A DNA stretch of 14,869 bases, taken from contig JAKSQG010000027.1 of the NCBI GenBank assembly GCA_024404275.1, positions 1 through 14,869 of the forward strand. The letters run 5' to 3'. The notes below the pieces were generated by a model that saw only the letters and a list, made by a program, of their open reading frames with translations, made no database searches and had not been told where the DNA came from. A program made the position numbers and the translations under genes. The DNA comes from Clostridia bacterium. Lineage in GTDB: Bacteria > Bacillota > Clostridia > Christensenellales > Aristaeellaceae. Positions 6,521 to 14,869 of this stretch are shown piece by piece; position 1 is the stretch's first letter, and every line of letters starts with the position of its first letter.

Positions 6521-9500
6521 ATGGTTTCGATTTATGGCGGGCGTCCCAACAGATTGTGGCCGCATCTGGTGCGGCTCATTCGTTCGGCACGTTCTGAAAA
6601 CAAAAAATGCGTGTTGATTGTGCCCGGAGATTTCACACTGCAGGCGGAGAGGGCTTTGATCCGCGATCTGGACTGCAAGGGCTTTTTTGATATAGAAGTA
6701 TATTCGCTTACCCGATTGACAGGGCAGATTTTGTCGTCCAGACCCCTCTTTGGCCGGAAAGCGATTGATGAAAACGGCAAAAACGTAGCAGTGGCCAGGG
6801 CTGTGCTGGAGCGGAAAAAGGAATTGCGTTATTTTGCCCGTATGTCGGAAAGCACGGGCTTTGTCCAGCGCTGCGGCAGCTGGATTGCCGATATGAAACT
6901 TGCTCAGATCGGTCCCGCGCAGCTGAAAAAATATGTGGATCAAATGCAGGAGGGTGCTGAGAAGGAAAAACTGAGCGATCTGAACGGCATTTTTGAAACT
7001 TATACGGCAATCCTGAGCGATAAGTTTGTGGATAATGAGGATATCCTGACGGCGTCGATTGAAGCATTGCCTGTCAGCGGCATCTTGAATGACACCGAAA
7101 CGATACTTTATGGATTTGACCGGCTGAATGAGGATTATATCCGGTTTTTATGTGCTGCAGCGCCGTTGGCGTCGCATGTGGCAGTCTATCTTGCGATGGA
7201 CCGTGAAGACGCTCCCGACGGTGATTGCTTTGAAACGGTCCGCCAAAGTGCTGAAAACCTGCGGCTGCGTCTGCGCAATCAACATCAGCAGCGGGAATGG
7301 CTCTGGATCGATGAAGAAGCAGACGACAACAGTCCCGTGGAACTCAAATGGCTGCGGGCGCATCTGCTGCAGCCCGGAGTAAAACCGTGGTCTGAGCAAT
7401 GTGACGCGGTGACTCTTTTTCAGGCTTCGGTGCCTTATGTGGAGGCACAGTACCTGACCGAAAGTGTATTTGCCCTTCTGGAAAAAGGGGTGAATCCAGA
7501 AAAAATCGTGATTCTGTGCGGACATCTGGATATCATGGAGCCGCTGCTTTCCGCTCTGTTTGCTGCCTGTGGCATACCGGCCTATTTTGATGTACAGGCG
7601 CCGCTGATTCGGCATGGATTGGCGCGGATGCTGCTGGCAGCCTGCCGTGCGGTCAACGATGGTTATCGCCCGGAGGACATGCTGGAGCTGATCAAATCGG
7701 GATACGCTCCGCTGAGGAGTCCGGAGGGTTGGGCTCTTGAAAACTATATACTGAAGAATGGCGTAACCGGGGCAAAATGGAAGACATCCTTTGACACGGA
7801 TGGCACGGATGGGGAGGTCGAAGCGGCCCGGGTCAAACTGATGGACATGCTGGAAATGCTGAAGGATGAGCTGAAAAACGCACGCACAGGTGCGGAATCC
7901 CTGACGGCTCTTGTCCATCTGATGACGAACGCGCAGGTACCGGACAGGCTGGCGGAAGTACAGGAACAGTTGACAAACGCCGGACTGGGAACGGCGGCAG
8001 TGCAGAACCGTCAGGTATGGGAAACCATCACCGGCGTACTGGAGCAGATGAACGAAATTGCCGGAGAGGAACGCATTCCCGCGGGTGTGATCACCACGTG
8101 GTTGGAAGCGGGACTGATGGGAGCAAAGCTGTCAGCACTGCCGCCTGTTTCCGGCTGTGTCACAGTGGGAGATATCGGTCGGATGATCCCCTTTGAGCCG
8201 GAGCATGTTTTCCTTTGCGGCCTGAGCGATGAAGCGGGGGCAGACCGTATCAATCTGATGAGTGAAGAAACTGTCGAAGAGATGGCAGAAAGCATGCAGG
8301 TTACCATTGGGGAGAGCCTGAAGGATGCCGACAGCATGGATGAACTGACACGGTGGAAACTGGTCTATGCTGCAAAGAAGCACCTGTATCTTTCCTATCC
8401 GCAGGCGTCTCAGGATGGCGCAGCGGCTCGCTGTGACCGTTTTGTGCAGACAGTGACGCGTTTGCTTCCGCAGATGCAGAAGGACGGCAGCCTTGCGGAA
8501 TCACCGCTGCACGCGGTGTCACCCTTGATCGCGCTCGATGAAATCGGCGTCCGCCTGCGGGAGGGGGCACTGAAGGGAGAATGGCTGAAGGCGTGGAACT
8601 GGCTGCTGATGGACGAAAAATACCGGGCAATTGCCGAACAATTGCTGGTACACGCACAGGGACGGCAGAAAACGGAGCAGTTGAGCGAAGAACGTGCCGG
8701 AAAGCTTTTCCGGGATAAGAAGATGAGCATCAGCCGACTGGAGACCTTCGCAGGTTGCCCGTATCGGCATTTTGTGCAGTATGGCTTGAAACCCAAGGAA
8801 AGATAGATGTGGGGCTTTTCGCCCATTGACAAGGGCAACTTTTATCATGCTGCCATTGAGGGCTTTACCAAAACACTGGCAGAAGAACCGGCATGGCCGA
8901 AAATCACCCGCAAAACCTGTGACCGGTTGATGGAAAAAGCGTTGGAACCGCTCGTTGAACAGTGGCGCGGCGGCTTTCTGGAGGGCAGCGCACGCGCCAG
9001 AACGGAAGGAGAACGCTACATTCGTTTGTGCAAGCGGCTGGGGTGGGTGTTTACCCGCGGGGCACAGTATTCGAACTTTAAACTATGCGGAAGCGAGATA
9101 GACTTTGGTACAGAAGGCAGCCGTATGGAGGCGCTGACGCTTGGATTGACCGATGGCTCCAAGGTACTGCTGGAAGGACGCATCGACCGTGCGGAGGAGT
9201 ATGTGAATGAAGATAAAAGATATATCCGCGTGGTCGATTATAAGTCGGGTCATAAGGAACTGAAGCCTGAACAGATTCACATCGGCATGCAATTGCAACT
9301 TTTATTGTATCTGAAGGCGATGCTGAACGACGATCCATCAGCGGTGCCCGCCGGCGCCTTTTATCAATGGATGGGTGATCCGCTGGATAAACCCGACAGC
9401 GAGAAGGATGCGGATGTGCGGCTGGTGGAAGCCCTGAAGCTTAGAGGCGTTGTGTTGGCTGATCAAGAGACGATACGCGCCATGGATGACGAGGATAATC

Positions 9501-9817
9501 CTGCATCAATGGAAAAAATGCTCAAAAAGGACGGAGCAGCGTTTGCGAATAAGCTGGCACTTCGTCTTGAATAGATGGATACCCTGATCGGAAAGGCTTG
9601 CAAGACCGCCGCAAAGCTGACAGAAGAGCTTCGAAAAGGCGAAATTGCCGCTGCTCCTGTGCGGACGGACGACACACACTGTGTTTGTGATTATTGTGCC
9701 TATGATGGCATCTGCCGCCGGGATAAAAGTGACCGCAGCAGGGAAAGAAAGCTGAAAAAAATGAGCCCGGAAGCATTGCTTCAAGCAGAAGAAACGCCCG
9801 TGACAGATCCCTTCTGA
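6521..9817 (+). CDS. addB: Helicase-nuclease AddAB/RexAB subunit B (AddB) with two in-frame TAG codons; annotated under code 11 it would be three ORFs or a pseudogene
   Basis: An AAGGGGG RBS sits at 6507-6513 and the ATG at 6521. The total is 1098 codons, a typical AddB length. Segment 1 (6521-8806) ends ...SISRLETFAGCPYRHFVQYGLKPKER, which includes the first Fe-S cysteine. Segment 2 (8807-9574) carries the RecB-type nuclease motifs GRIDRAEE...IRVVDYKSG...GMQLQLLLY. Segment 3 (9575-9817) carries CVCDYCAYDGIC, the remaining Fe-S cysteines. The TAGs are at 8804-8806 and 9572-9574, all segments share one frame, and the final stop is TGA. Confidence 0.88.
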
Positions 9818-9838
9818 TCGACAGTCGATGGATAGATT

Positions 9839-9870
9839 AAAAAAAGAACGGCTATCATGCCGTTCTTTTT
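9839..9870. terminator. Bidirectional rho-independent terminator between convergent addB and cvpA
   Basis: AAAAAAGAACGGC-tatcat-GCCGTTCTTTTT: a perfect 9-bp GC-containing stem flanked by an A-run and a T-run. Confidence 0.75.
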
Positions 9871-9887
9871 GAATGAGCCGAAGTGCG

Positions 9888-10598
9888 TCAAACACCGTTG
9901 ACAATGAGATGGAATGCCGAGTTGCTGTAGAAAAAGGACATGAGACTGCTTTCGGAAAACAGCGCCGTTACCTGACGCACCGGAATGACGGTGAGAACAA
10001 TGGGCGTCAACTGACAGATGACAAAAACGACAACGGCTCCGCGCAGAAGCCCGAAGATGGCGGCAGTGATGCTTTCACCATGGCGCAGCAGCGGGAAATA
10101 GGTTGTATGACCGATGGCGTTGATGACGGTATGCAGCACCACAAAGCAGAGAAAGAAGCAAATCGTATAGGAAAGGGATTGGATGACCGCCATGACAACG
10201 GTGTGGGAAACATACTCGTTGACGGTGGAAAGACCGAACGGAGCGAGCGAAAGCGATTGCATGTTGGCCCGAAGCAGGGACTCGATGCCGATAGGGAGGC
10301 CGACACCCTTCATGACGCTTTCAAGCGCTGTGCCTGTCAGCCCGGCAGCTGGGGACATGGCCAGGGAATAGTCACCTACCAGTGATCCGGCATCGGTGTA
10401 GGTAACCAACAATTGCATAACGGCCTTGTTCCGGCTGAGCAGTTGAACCAACTGCGGGTAGAATAGTCCCGCCAGCAAAAGGCTGAGAAGGGAAACAAAG
10501 AATCCAAGCGCGGAGGATACCGACCCTCTGTATAGCGAAAAGATGACGCTGGCGACGAGGATCAGCAGTAAAAACAGATCAATGATGTTCATGGTCAT
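9888..10598 (-). CDS. cvpA: CvpA-family (colicin V production-like) integral membrane protein
   Basis: 236 aa with multiple TM helices. The N-terminus MNIIDLFLLLILVASVIFSLYRGSVSSALGF is typical of the CvpA family. Its ATG overlaps the upstream gene's TGA (ATGA at 10595-10600). Confidence 0.8.
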   Translation of the reverse strand: MTMNIIDLFLLLILVASVIFSLYRGSVSSALGFFVSLLSLLLAGLFYPQLVQLLSRNKAVMQLLVTYTDAGSLVGDYSLAMSPAAGLTGTALESVMKGVGLPIGIESLLRANMQSLSLAPFGLSTVNEYVSHTVVMAVIQSLSYTICFFLCFVVLHTVINAIGHTTYFPLLRHGESITAAIFGLLRGAVVVFVICQLTPIVLTVIPVRQVTALFSESSLMSFFYSNSAFHLIVNGV

Positions 10599-11704
10599 CA
10601 GGGAAGCACGACGGCATAGACAGAAGCACCGCTGGCCAACAGGGCACAGCCGTTGGAAGTGATTCCGAGGAAGGCGGTAACGTTGCCGTTGACGGGGATA
10701 TCCAGTCCGGTGAAACGGTTATCGCTGATATCGGCACGGTAAATACCGGAGGCGGAGAAAGCATAGACCTTGTTCTTGTACAAAGCGGCACCGACACATT
10801 CGGAAGGAAGCGTGTAGCGGGTGTCATTTGTACCCTTGAGCAGGCGCAGTTCGGTAAAGCCGCTGCCGTTCTCCACCTGCTGTACAGGCGTGAAGAGCAG
10901 GTAGGCGGAGGAGCCGTTTGTCAGGGAGCTGACGAGCTGCCAGCCGTAGACGGTGGCGGCACCGGCGGGATTTTCAGTGCCGTGGTAATCAAACTGGCGC
11001 AGCTCACGCGTATCGATGACATTGAGCGTGCTTCCGCAGTAGACAACGGAATAGGGCAGACGCTGGCCGAGGTTGGCAGAACCGGTGTTCATCTGTCCGG
11101 CACGGTAAGTGATGAGCGAGGATTGAGGAACAGTGCCGTAAACATCCAGCGAGGTGGTCCAAATGTAGGAACCATCCCCGAAGAAGCCGCAGTCCAACAG
11201 CATGACGTCTTCGTAGTTGTTGCTTTCTGTATCGATGACAGAACCGTTGACATCGATAATCGTCAGCGTGGGGCTGATGTTATCGCCGGTTACCACGGCG
11301 ACATACTTTTCGCCGGTACGGGCGAACTGAATGGTGTCGCCGAGCATGTTGTTGTAGGTGGCGTGACCGTTACGGTCGAGGATCTGCAGCTGACGGCCGC
11401 TCCAGACGGAAATGTAACGGGAACCGGCGTCGAACTGCGCGCCGTTGCCGATGGAAACGCTCCACACCTCCGCACCGGAGCTGGTCAGACAGAACAGTGT
11501 TCCATTGCTGTAATACAGCACACGATCACCGAAGACCGTCACATTCTGATTGACCTGACAGCGCAGGGAATAGGTTTTGATCTTGGAACTGCCCATGTAC
11601 TGGGAAACAAGATAGACCATCAGTACGATAAACACAGCGGCGAGAACAATGATCAGTGCCGCCATGGGTGTTCTTTTTTTCTGCTCGGAACGATAACGCG
11701 GCAT
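10598..11704 (-). CDS. Membrane-anchored repeat protein, probably beta-propeller-like; resembles the DUF5711 family
   Basis: 368 aa. It has a basic N-terminus and a single TM helix (MAALIIVLAAVFIVLMVYLV), followed by a Gly/Ser/Thr/Tyr-rich beta-type ectodomain. It is translationally coupled to cvpA and has an AGGAGG RBS. The family assignment is from memory. Confidence 0.6.
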   Translation of the reverse strand: MPRYRSEQKKRTPMAALIIVLAAVFIVLMVYLVSQYMGSSKIKTYSLRCQVNQNVTVFGDRVLYYSNGTLFCLTSSGAEVWSVSIGNGAQFDAGSRYISVWSGRQLQILDRNGHATYNNMLGDTIQFARTGEKYVAVVTGDNISPTLTIIDVNGSVIDTESNNYEDVMLLDCGFFGDGSYIWTTSLDVYGTVPQSSLITYRAGQMNTGSANLGQRLPYSVVYCGSTLNVIDTRELRQFDYHGTENPAGAATVYGWQLVSSLTNGSSAYLLFTPVQQVENGSGFTELRLLKGTNDTRYTLPSECVGAALYKNKVYAFSASGIYRADISDNRFTGLDIPVNGNVTAFLGITSNGCALLASGASVYAVVLP

Positions 11705-11730
11705 AAGTACCTCCTGAAATCGCTGAGGAT

Positions 11731-11760
11731 ATTATAATCGAAAGGGGCCGCACGCGTCAA
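11731..11760 (-). promoter_or_regulatory. Putative promoter for the DUF5711-like/cvpA pair
   Basis: On the minus strand: TTGACG (-35, 11755-11760 on +), an 18-nt spacer and TATAAT (-10, 11731-11736 on +), within the 72-nt gap after the SNF2 gene's stop. Confidence 0.55.
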
Positions 11761-11776
11761 CAATAAAGGAAGATCA

Positions 11777-14700
11777 TCAATCCTCGAACAGCCGGAGCAG
11801 GTCCTCATCCGAAAGTTTGGTGGGGATACTCTCGCCGGGGGTAATCAGCTTGTCGAACAGCTTGCGCTTGCTCTGACTCATGTTGACGACCTGTTCCTCA
11901 ATGGAATCGTGAACCAGCAAACGGATGACTTCCACCTCTTTGGTCTGGCCGATACGGTGAGCACGGTCGACGGCCTGTTCCTCGGCAGCGGGGTTCCACC
12001 ACGGGTCATAGTGAATGACCATATCGGCACCGGTCAGGTTCAATCCCGTGCCGCCGGCTTTGAGCGACAGCAGGAAGACATTGCCGTGGCCGCCGTTGAA
12101 GCTCTCACAAAGACGGACACGCTCGTCAGCAGGGGTTTCACCGTCCAGATAAAGGCAGCCGATGCCTTCCTGACTGAGACGCTGCTCGATGAGGCGCAGC
12201 ATGCGTGTGAACTGGGAAAAGACCAATGCACGGCGGCCGTTTTGCAGGGCGGGAATCAGAATATCCACAAGCATTTCCAGCTTGCCGGATGCGGCGGTGT
12301 AATCGTTCAGGCACAAAGCCGGATGGCAGCAGATCTGACGCAATTCGGTGATGGCACTGAGCACTTCGGCACGGCCTTTGGCCATGCCGCGGGTGGTAAG
12401 AATCTGACGCACATAATCGCGCCGGCGCAGCAGGCTGGCCGAATAGACCTTTCGCTGCTCGGCAGACATTTCGGCCATCATGATCCGCTCGAGTTTGTCG
12501 GGCAGCTCGGTCAGCACATCCTTCTTGAGGCGGCGCATCAGGAAAGGACGGATGCGCTGCATCAGTTCCTCGCTGTTTTCACCTTCGCCGTAACGGTGCA
12601 TGAAAGCGGAAACACGCGGCAGGTAACCGGGAAGAATAAAGTCAAAAATACTCCACAACTCACCCGCGTGGTTTTCCATGGGCGTACCGGTCAAAGCGAT
12701 GCGGGTTTCGGCTTTGATGGTCTTGACTGCGTGAGCCGCCACACTGGAGGCGTTCTTGATCTGCTGCGCCTCATCCAGCACGGCAAAACGGAAGGTCACC
12801 TCGGACAGAAGCGGTGCATCGCGGCGGATCAGCGGATAACTGGTCAGTACGATGTCGGGTGCTTTGGAGGAGGAAAGACGTTCGATCTGCTCGGCACGGG
12901 TCAGCTGACTGCCGCTGATGAGCATGACATCCAGCTCGGGAGCAAAGCGTTTGAACTCACTCAGCCAGTTGTAGGTCAGCGAAGTGGGGGAAACGATGAC
13001 AGAGGGTTTACGTTCCGGTTCGGTACGGATGTAGAACAGTAGGGCGGCGATGGTCTGAATGGTTTTGCCAAGGCCCATATCATCGGCCAGAATGCCGCCC
13101 ATGTGCAGGGAATGCAAGGCGCAGAGCCACTCGAAGCCGCGCTGCTGATAGGGGCGAAGGCAGGTAAGCGGCGATTTTACCTCGGCGACTTCCATGCGGG
13201 CGGCACGCTGTGCTTCCTCGTCCAGCGTGACAGGCAGGTGATGGGCACGGATGAGCGCTTCCATATAGGAAGCACGGTACATGCCCATTTCCTGCGTGCC
13301 GGTCAGCTCGTTCGATTCGCAGACGGCTTCTGCCAGTGGCTGCCAGTCGTCGGTATCTTCCAGTGAAATGAAGGAACCATCCTTGAAACGGAAATAGGAG
13401 GAACGGTCGCGAAGAGCACGCATGAGCGGCAGCAGTTCCTCAGTGATTTCGTCATCCTGCAGCAGATCGAGCTTCAATTGGCCGCCTGCACCGCGCAGCA
13501 TGCCGGTAAGGCGGGGCTTACGGGGGGTGAGTTTTTTGAAATCGTTGCTGAAAAATACCTCGGCATAGTGTGTCAGCTCGCCGTCGCCTTCGGAGACAAA
13601 ACGATAGATCTCATCATTGCCGCTCAGATAGACAAGACCGCCGGAAACACGGAAGCCGGCGTTGGCGAGCACTTCGGTCACTTCCTGCTCATGCTGCGCG
13701 TCACGCAGCAGCAGTGGAGAAACACTGTCGTTGGGGGCAGCGAAGGGATCGATCACGGTATCGCCGTAAACAAATTCCGTGCGGGCGGTGACACCGACGC
13801 CCTCACGATCTAGGTAGACCCGTGCACGGAAGGGTTCCCGGATCAGTTGGCATTCCAGCTGGGGAGCGAAGCGCAGATCACCGATGCGGCTCAGCCAGAG
13901 CACAAGCTGGCTCATGACACGCCCGGTGCGGGCGGGTTCGAACAGAAACTCCGTGACGCCGTTGATGCGGTCTTTGACACACAGGCCGGCGACAGCTCGC
14001 TGCGCTTCGGGGACGCGCGTGACATAACCATCGACCAGTGCGTAGGAGCAGTCGGCTGTCAAAGGGATGAAATCACTGTCAAAACCCGCTTCGATGCACA
14101 GATGATGGACACCCTGGCGCGCCCGGTCGGACAGCGTAAAGGTGAGCGGAAGAGGATCGGTCTTGACCCCTTGCTGCGCAATGGCGGTGGTGCCGACCTG
14201 CAGGCGATAATCCAACCGCTCCAGAAGTTCCCAGACACGGGCAGCGGTGGTCTGCGGCAGGGGCATCATGCGTGCATCCTGAATGCCGATGGAAATACCG
14301 GCAAAACGCAGCGTATCACAGTGGGAACGCAGAATTTGCAAAAGTTCTTTTTGCGGCGCGGGAAAACGCATCCAGTCGGCGAAAAAGGTAAAGCCTTTGC
14401 CGACCTGCAGGGAACGGTTGCCGTCGATGGTGTCCAGCAATTCGGGGATGGAGCGCACCACATACATACGGTCCTGACCGATGCGCAGTCCAATGCTGAA
14501 GGAAGAGGGGGTAATGCGAAGCTCAGGCTCAAGACGAATCAGGGTGGATTCGGGCAGCGCGTATTCCATCATAGAGAACAGGGTCTCGGAACGTTCCTTG
14601 GCCTGCAGTTCCTTGAGGGATTTGAGGGCTCCTGATTCTCCGGCAGAGAGCAAGGCGGCGAGAAGATGGCGGCAGCGGGGAGAGGCGTCGCAGCTGCATT

Positions 14701-14869
14701 CGCCGCTGCCATTGGCAAACAAGTGCACTTCATTGCGTACGCCAGCCACTGAGTAGGAAATATATTCGGGGCAGCGCTTGTTTTCAGTCACCGCACCGCG
14801 GCGGTAAAGCATTCTGCCTGCATCAAATTCTTCGTTTCCGAAGCGTTCCAGTAATCTGGTTACATCCAT
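11777..14869 (-). CDS. SNF2-family DEAD/H helicase with an N-terminal SWIM zinc finger; the start is at or beyond the window edge
   Basis: At least 1030 aa. SWIM CxC..CxH motif (GECSCDASPRCRHLLAALL), SNF2 motif I (GGILADDMGLGKTIQTIA), motif II DEAQ (VLDEAQQIKN) and helicase C motif VI (QAVDRAHRIGQTKEVEVIRL). An ATG falls exactly on the last 3 bases of the window, so the true start is uncertain. The stop is TGA. Confidence 0.9.
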   Translation of the reverse strand: MDVTRLLERFGNEEFDAGRMLYRRGAVTENKRCPEYISYSVAGVRNEVHLFANGSGECSCDASPRCRHLLAALLSAGESGALKSLKELQAKERSETLFSMMEYALPESTLIRLEPELRITPSSFSIGLRIGQDRMYVVRSIPELLDTIDGNRSLQVGKGFTFFADWMRFPAPQKELLQILRSHCDTLRFAGISIGIQDARMMPLPQTTAARVWELLERLDYRLQVGTTAIAQQGVKTDPLPLTFTLSDRARQGVHHLCIEAGFDSDFIPLTADCSYALVDGYVTRVPEAQRAVAGLCVKDRINGVTEFLFEPARTGRVMSQLVLWLSRIGDLRFAPQLECQLIREPFRARVYLDREGVGVTARTEFVYGDTVIDPFAAPNDSVSPLLLRDAQHEQEVTEVLANAGFRVSGGLVYLSGNDEIYRFVSEGDGELTHYAEVFFSNDFKKLTPRKPRLTGMLRGAGGQLKLDLLQDDEITEELLPLMRALRDRSSYFRFKDGSFISLEDTDDWQPLAEAVCESNELTGTQEMGMYRASYMEALIRAHHLPVTLDEEAQRAARMEVAEVKSPLTCLRPYQQRGFEWLCALHSLHMGGILADDMGLGKTIQTIAALLFYIRTEPERKPSVIVSPTSLTYNWLSEFKRFAPELDVMLISGSQLTRAEQIERLSSSKAPDIVLTSYPLIRRDAPLLSEVTFRFAVLDEAQQIKNASSVAAHAVKTIKAETRIALTGTPMENHAGELWSIFDFILPGYLPRVSAFMHRYGEGENSEELMQRIRPFLMRRLKKDVLTELPDKLERIMMAEMSAEQRKVYSASLLRRRDYVRQILTTRGMAKGRAEVLSAITELRQICCHPALCLNDYTAASGKLEMLVDILIPALQNGRRALVFSQFTRMLRLIEQRLSQEGIGCLYLDGETPADERVRLCESFNGGHGNVFLLSLKAGGTGLNLTGADMVIHYDPWWNPAAEEQAVDRAHRIGQTKEVEVIRLLVHDSIEEQVVNMSQSKRKLFDKLITPGESIPTKLSDEDLLRLFED

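Noticed and set aside
4840-9574. Pyrrolysine as the explanation for the in-frame TAGs
   Set aside because: Pyl-type TAGs are characteristically found in methylamine methyltransferase genes, and Pyl-using bacteria still use TAG as a stop. The genes affected here are unrelated housekeeping and membrane genes, and no pyl genes are in the window. I therefore do not favour it, though it is not fully excluded without the whole genome.
13934-13942. GGGTTCGAA, a tRNA T-loop-like string
   Set aside because: It lies inside the SNF2 coding frame and I could not find a surrounding cloverleaf (acceptor or anticodon stems). I found no tRNA in the window.
10982-14635. Long plus-strand ORFs (10982-11737, 11909-13042, 13847-14635) opposite the DUF5711-like and SNF2 genes
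   Set aside because: They lie opposite well-supported minus-strand genes, have a biased Gly/Ala/Arg/Gln composition, and lack both RBSs and conserved motifs.
11777-14869. The SNF2 helicase as part of a phage-defence system (for example DISARM DrmD-like)
   Set aside because: No partner genes (methyltransferase, DUF1998 helicase, PLD nuclease and so on) are adjacent within the window. Its neighbours are cvpA and a membrane repeat protein, and the SWIM plus SNF2 architecture also occurs in housekeeping YwqA-like proteins. The upstream side lies outside the window.

Overview
This looks like an ordinary chromosomal segment of a Firmicutes/Clostridia-like genome; that assignment is inferred from gene content (AddB, SdpR/SdpI, DUF4298 and DUF5711-like proteins) and a moderately high GC judged by eye. 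Gene order: uvrB (5' end cut by the window edge), a D-2-hydroxyacid dehydrogenase, a DUF4298 protein, a NUDIX hydrolase and a small PH-like gene, all on + and tightly packed. Next comes an sdpR/sdpI-like repressor and membrane-protein pair (+) behind a consensus promoter with two palindromic operators. A ydcF-like gene and radC follow on -, then a divergent addB (+), then convergent cvpA, a DUF5711-like membrane protein and a SWIM/SNF2 helicase, all on -. I saw no tRNA, rRNA, CRISPR array, transposase, integrase or phage genes. The main anomaly is six in-frame TAG codons inside three conserved genes: sdpI has 1, radC has 3 and addB has 2. There are no frameshifts, and family motifs are intact downstream of every TAG. 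All 13 gene ends visible in the window use TAA (5) or TGA (8), and none uses TAG. This fits UAG being read through (amber reassignment, a suppressor tRNA or loss of RF1). Alternatives are translationally coupled split genes (both addB TAGs are followed directly by ATG) or unusual nonsense-only gene decay; a seventh premature stop, a TAA, interrupts the small PH-like gene. The window alone cannot decide between these, so genome-wide checks are listed under each finding.
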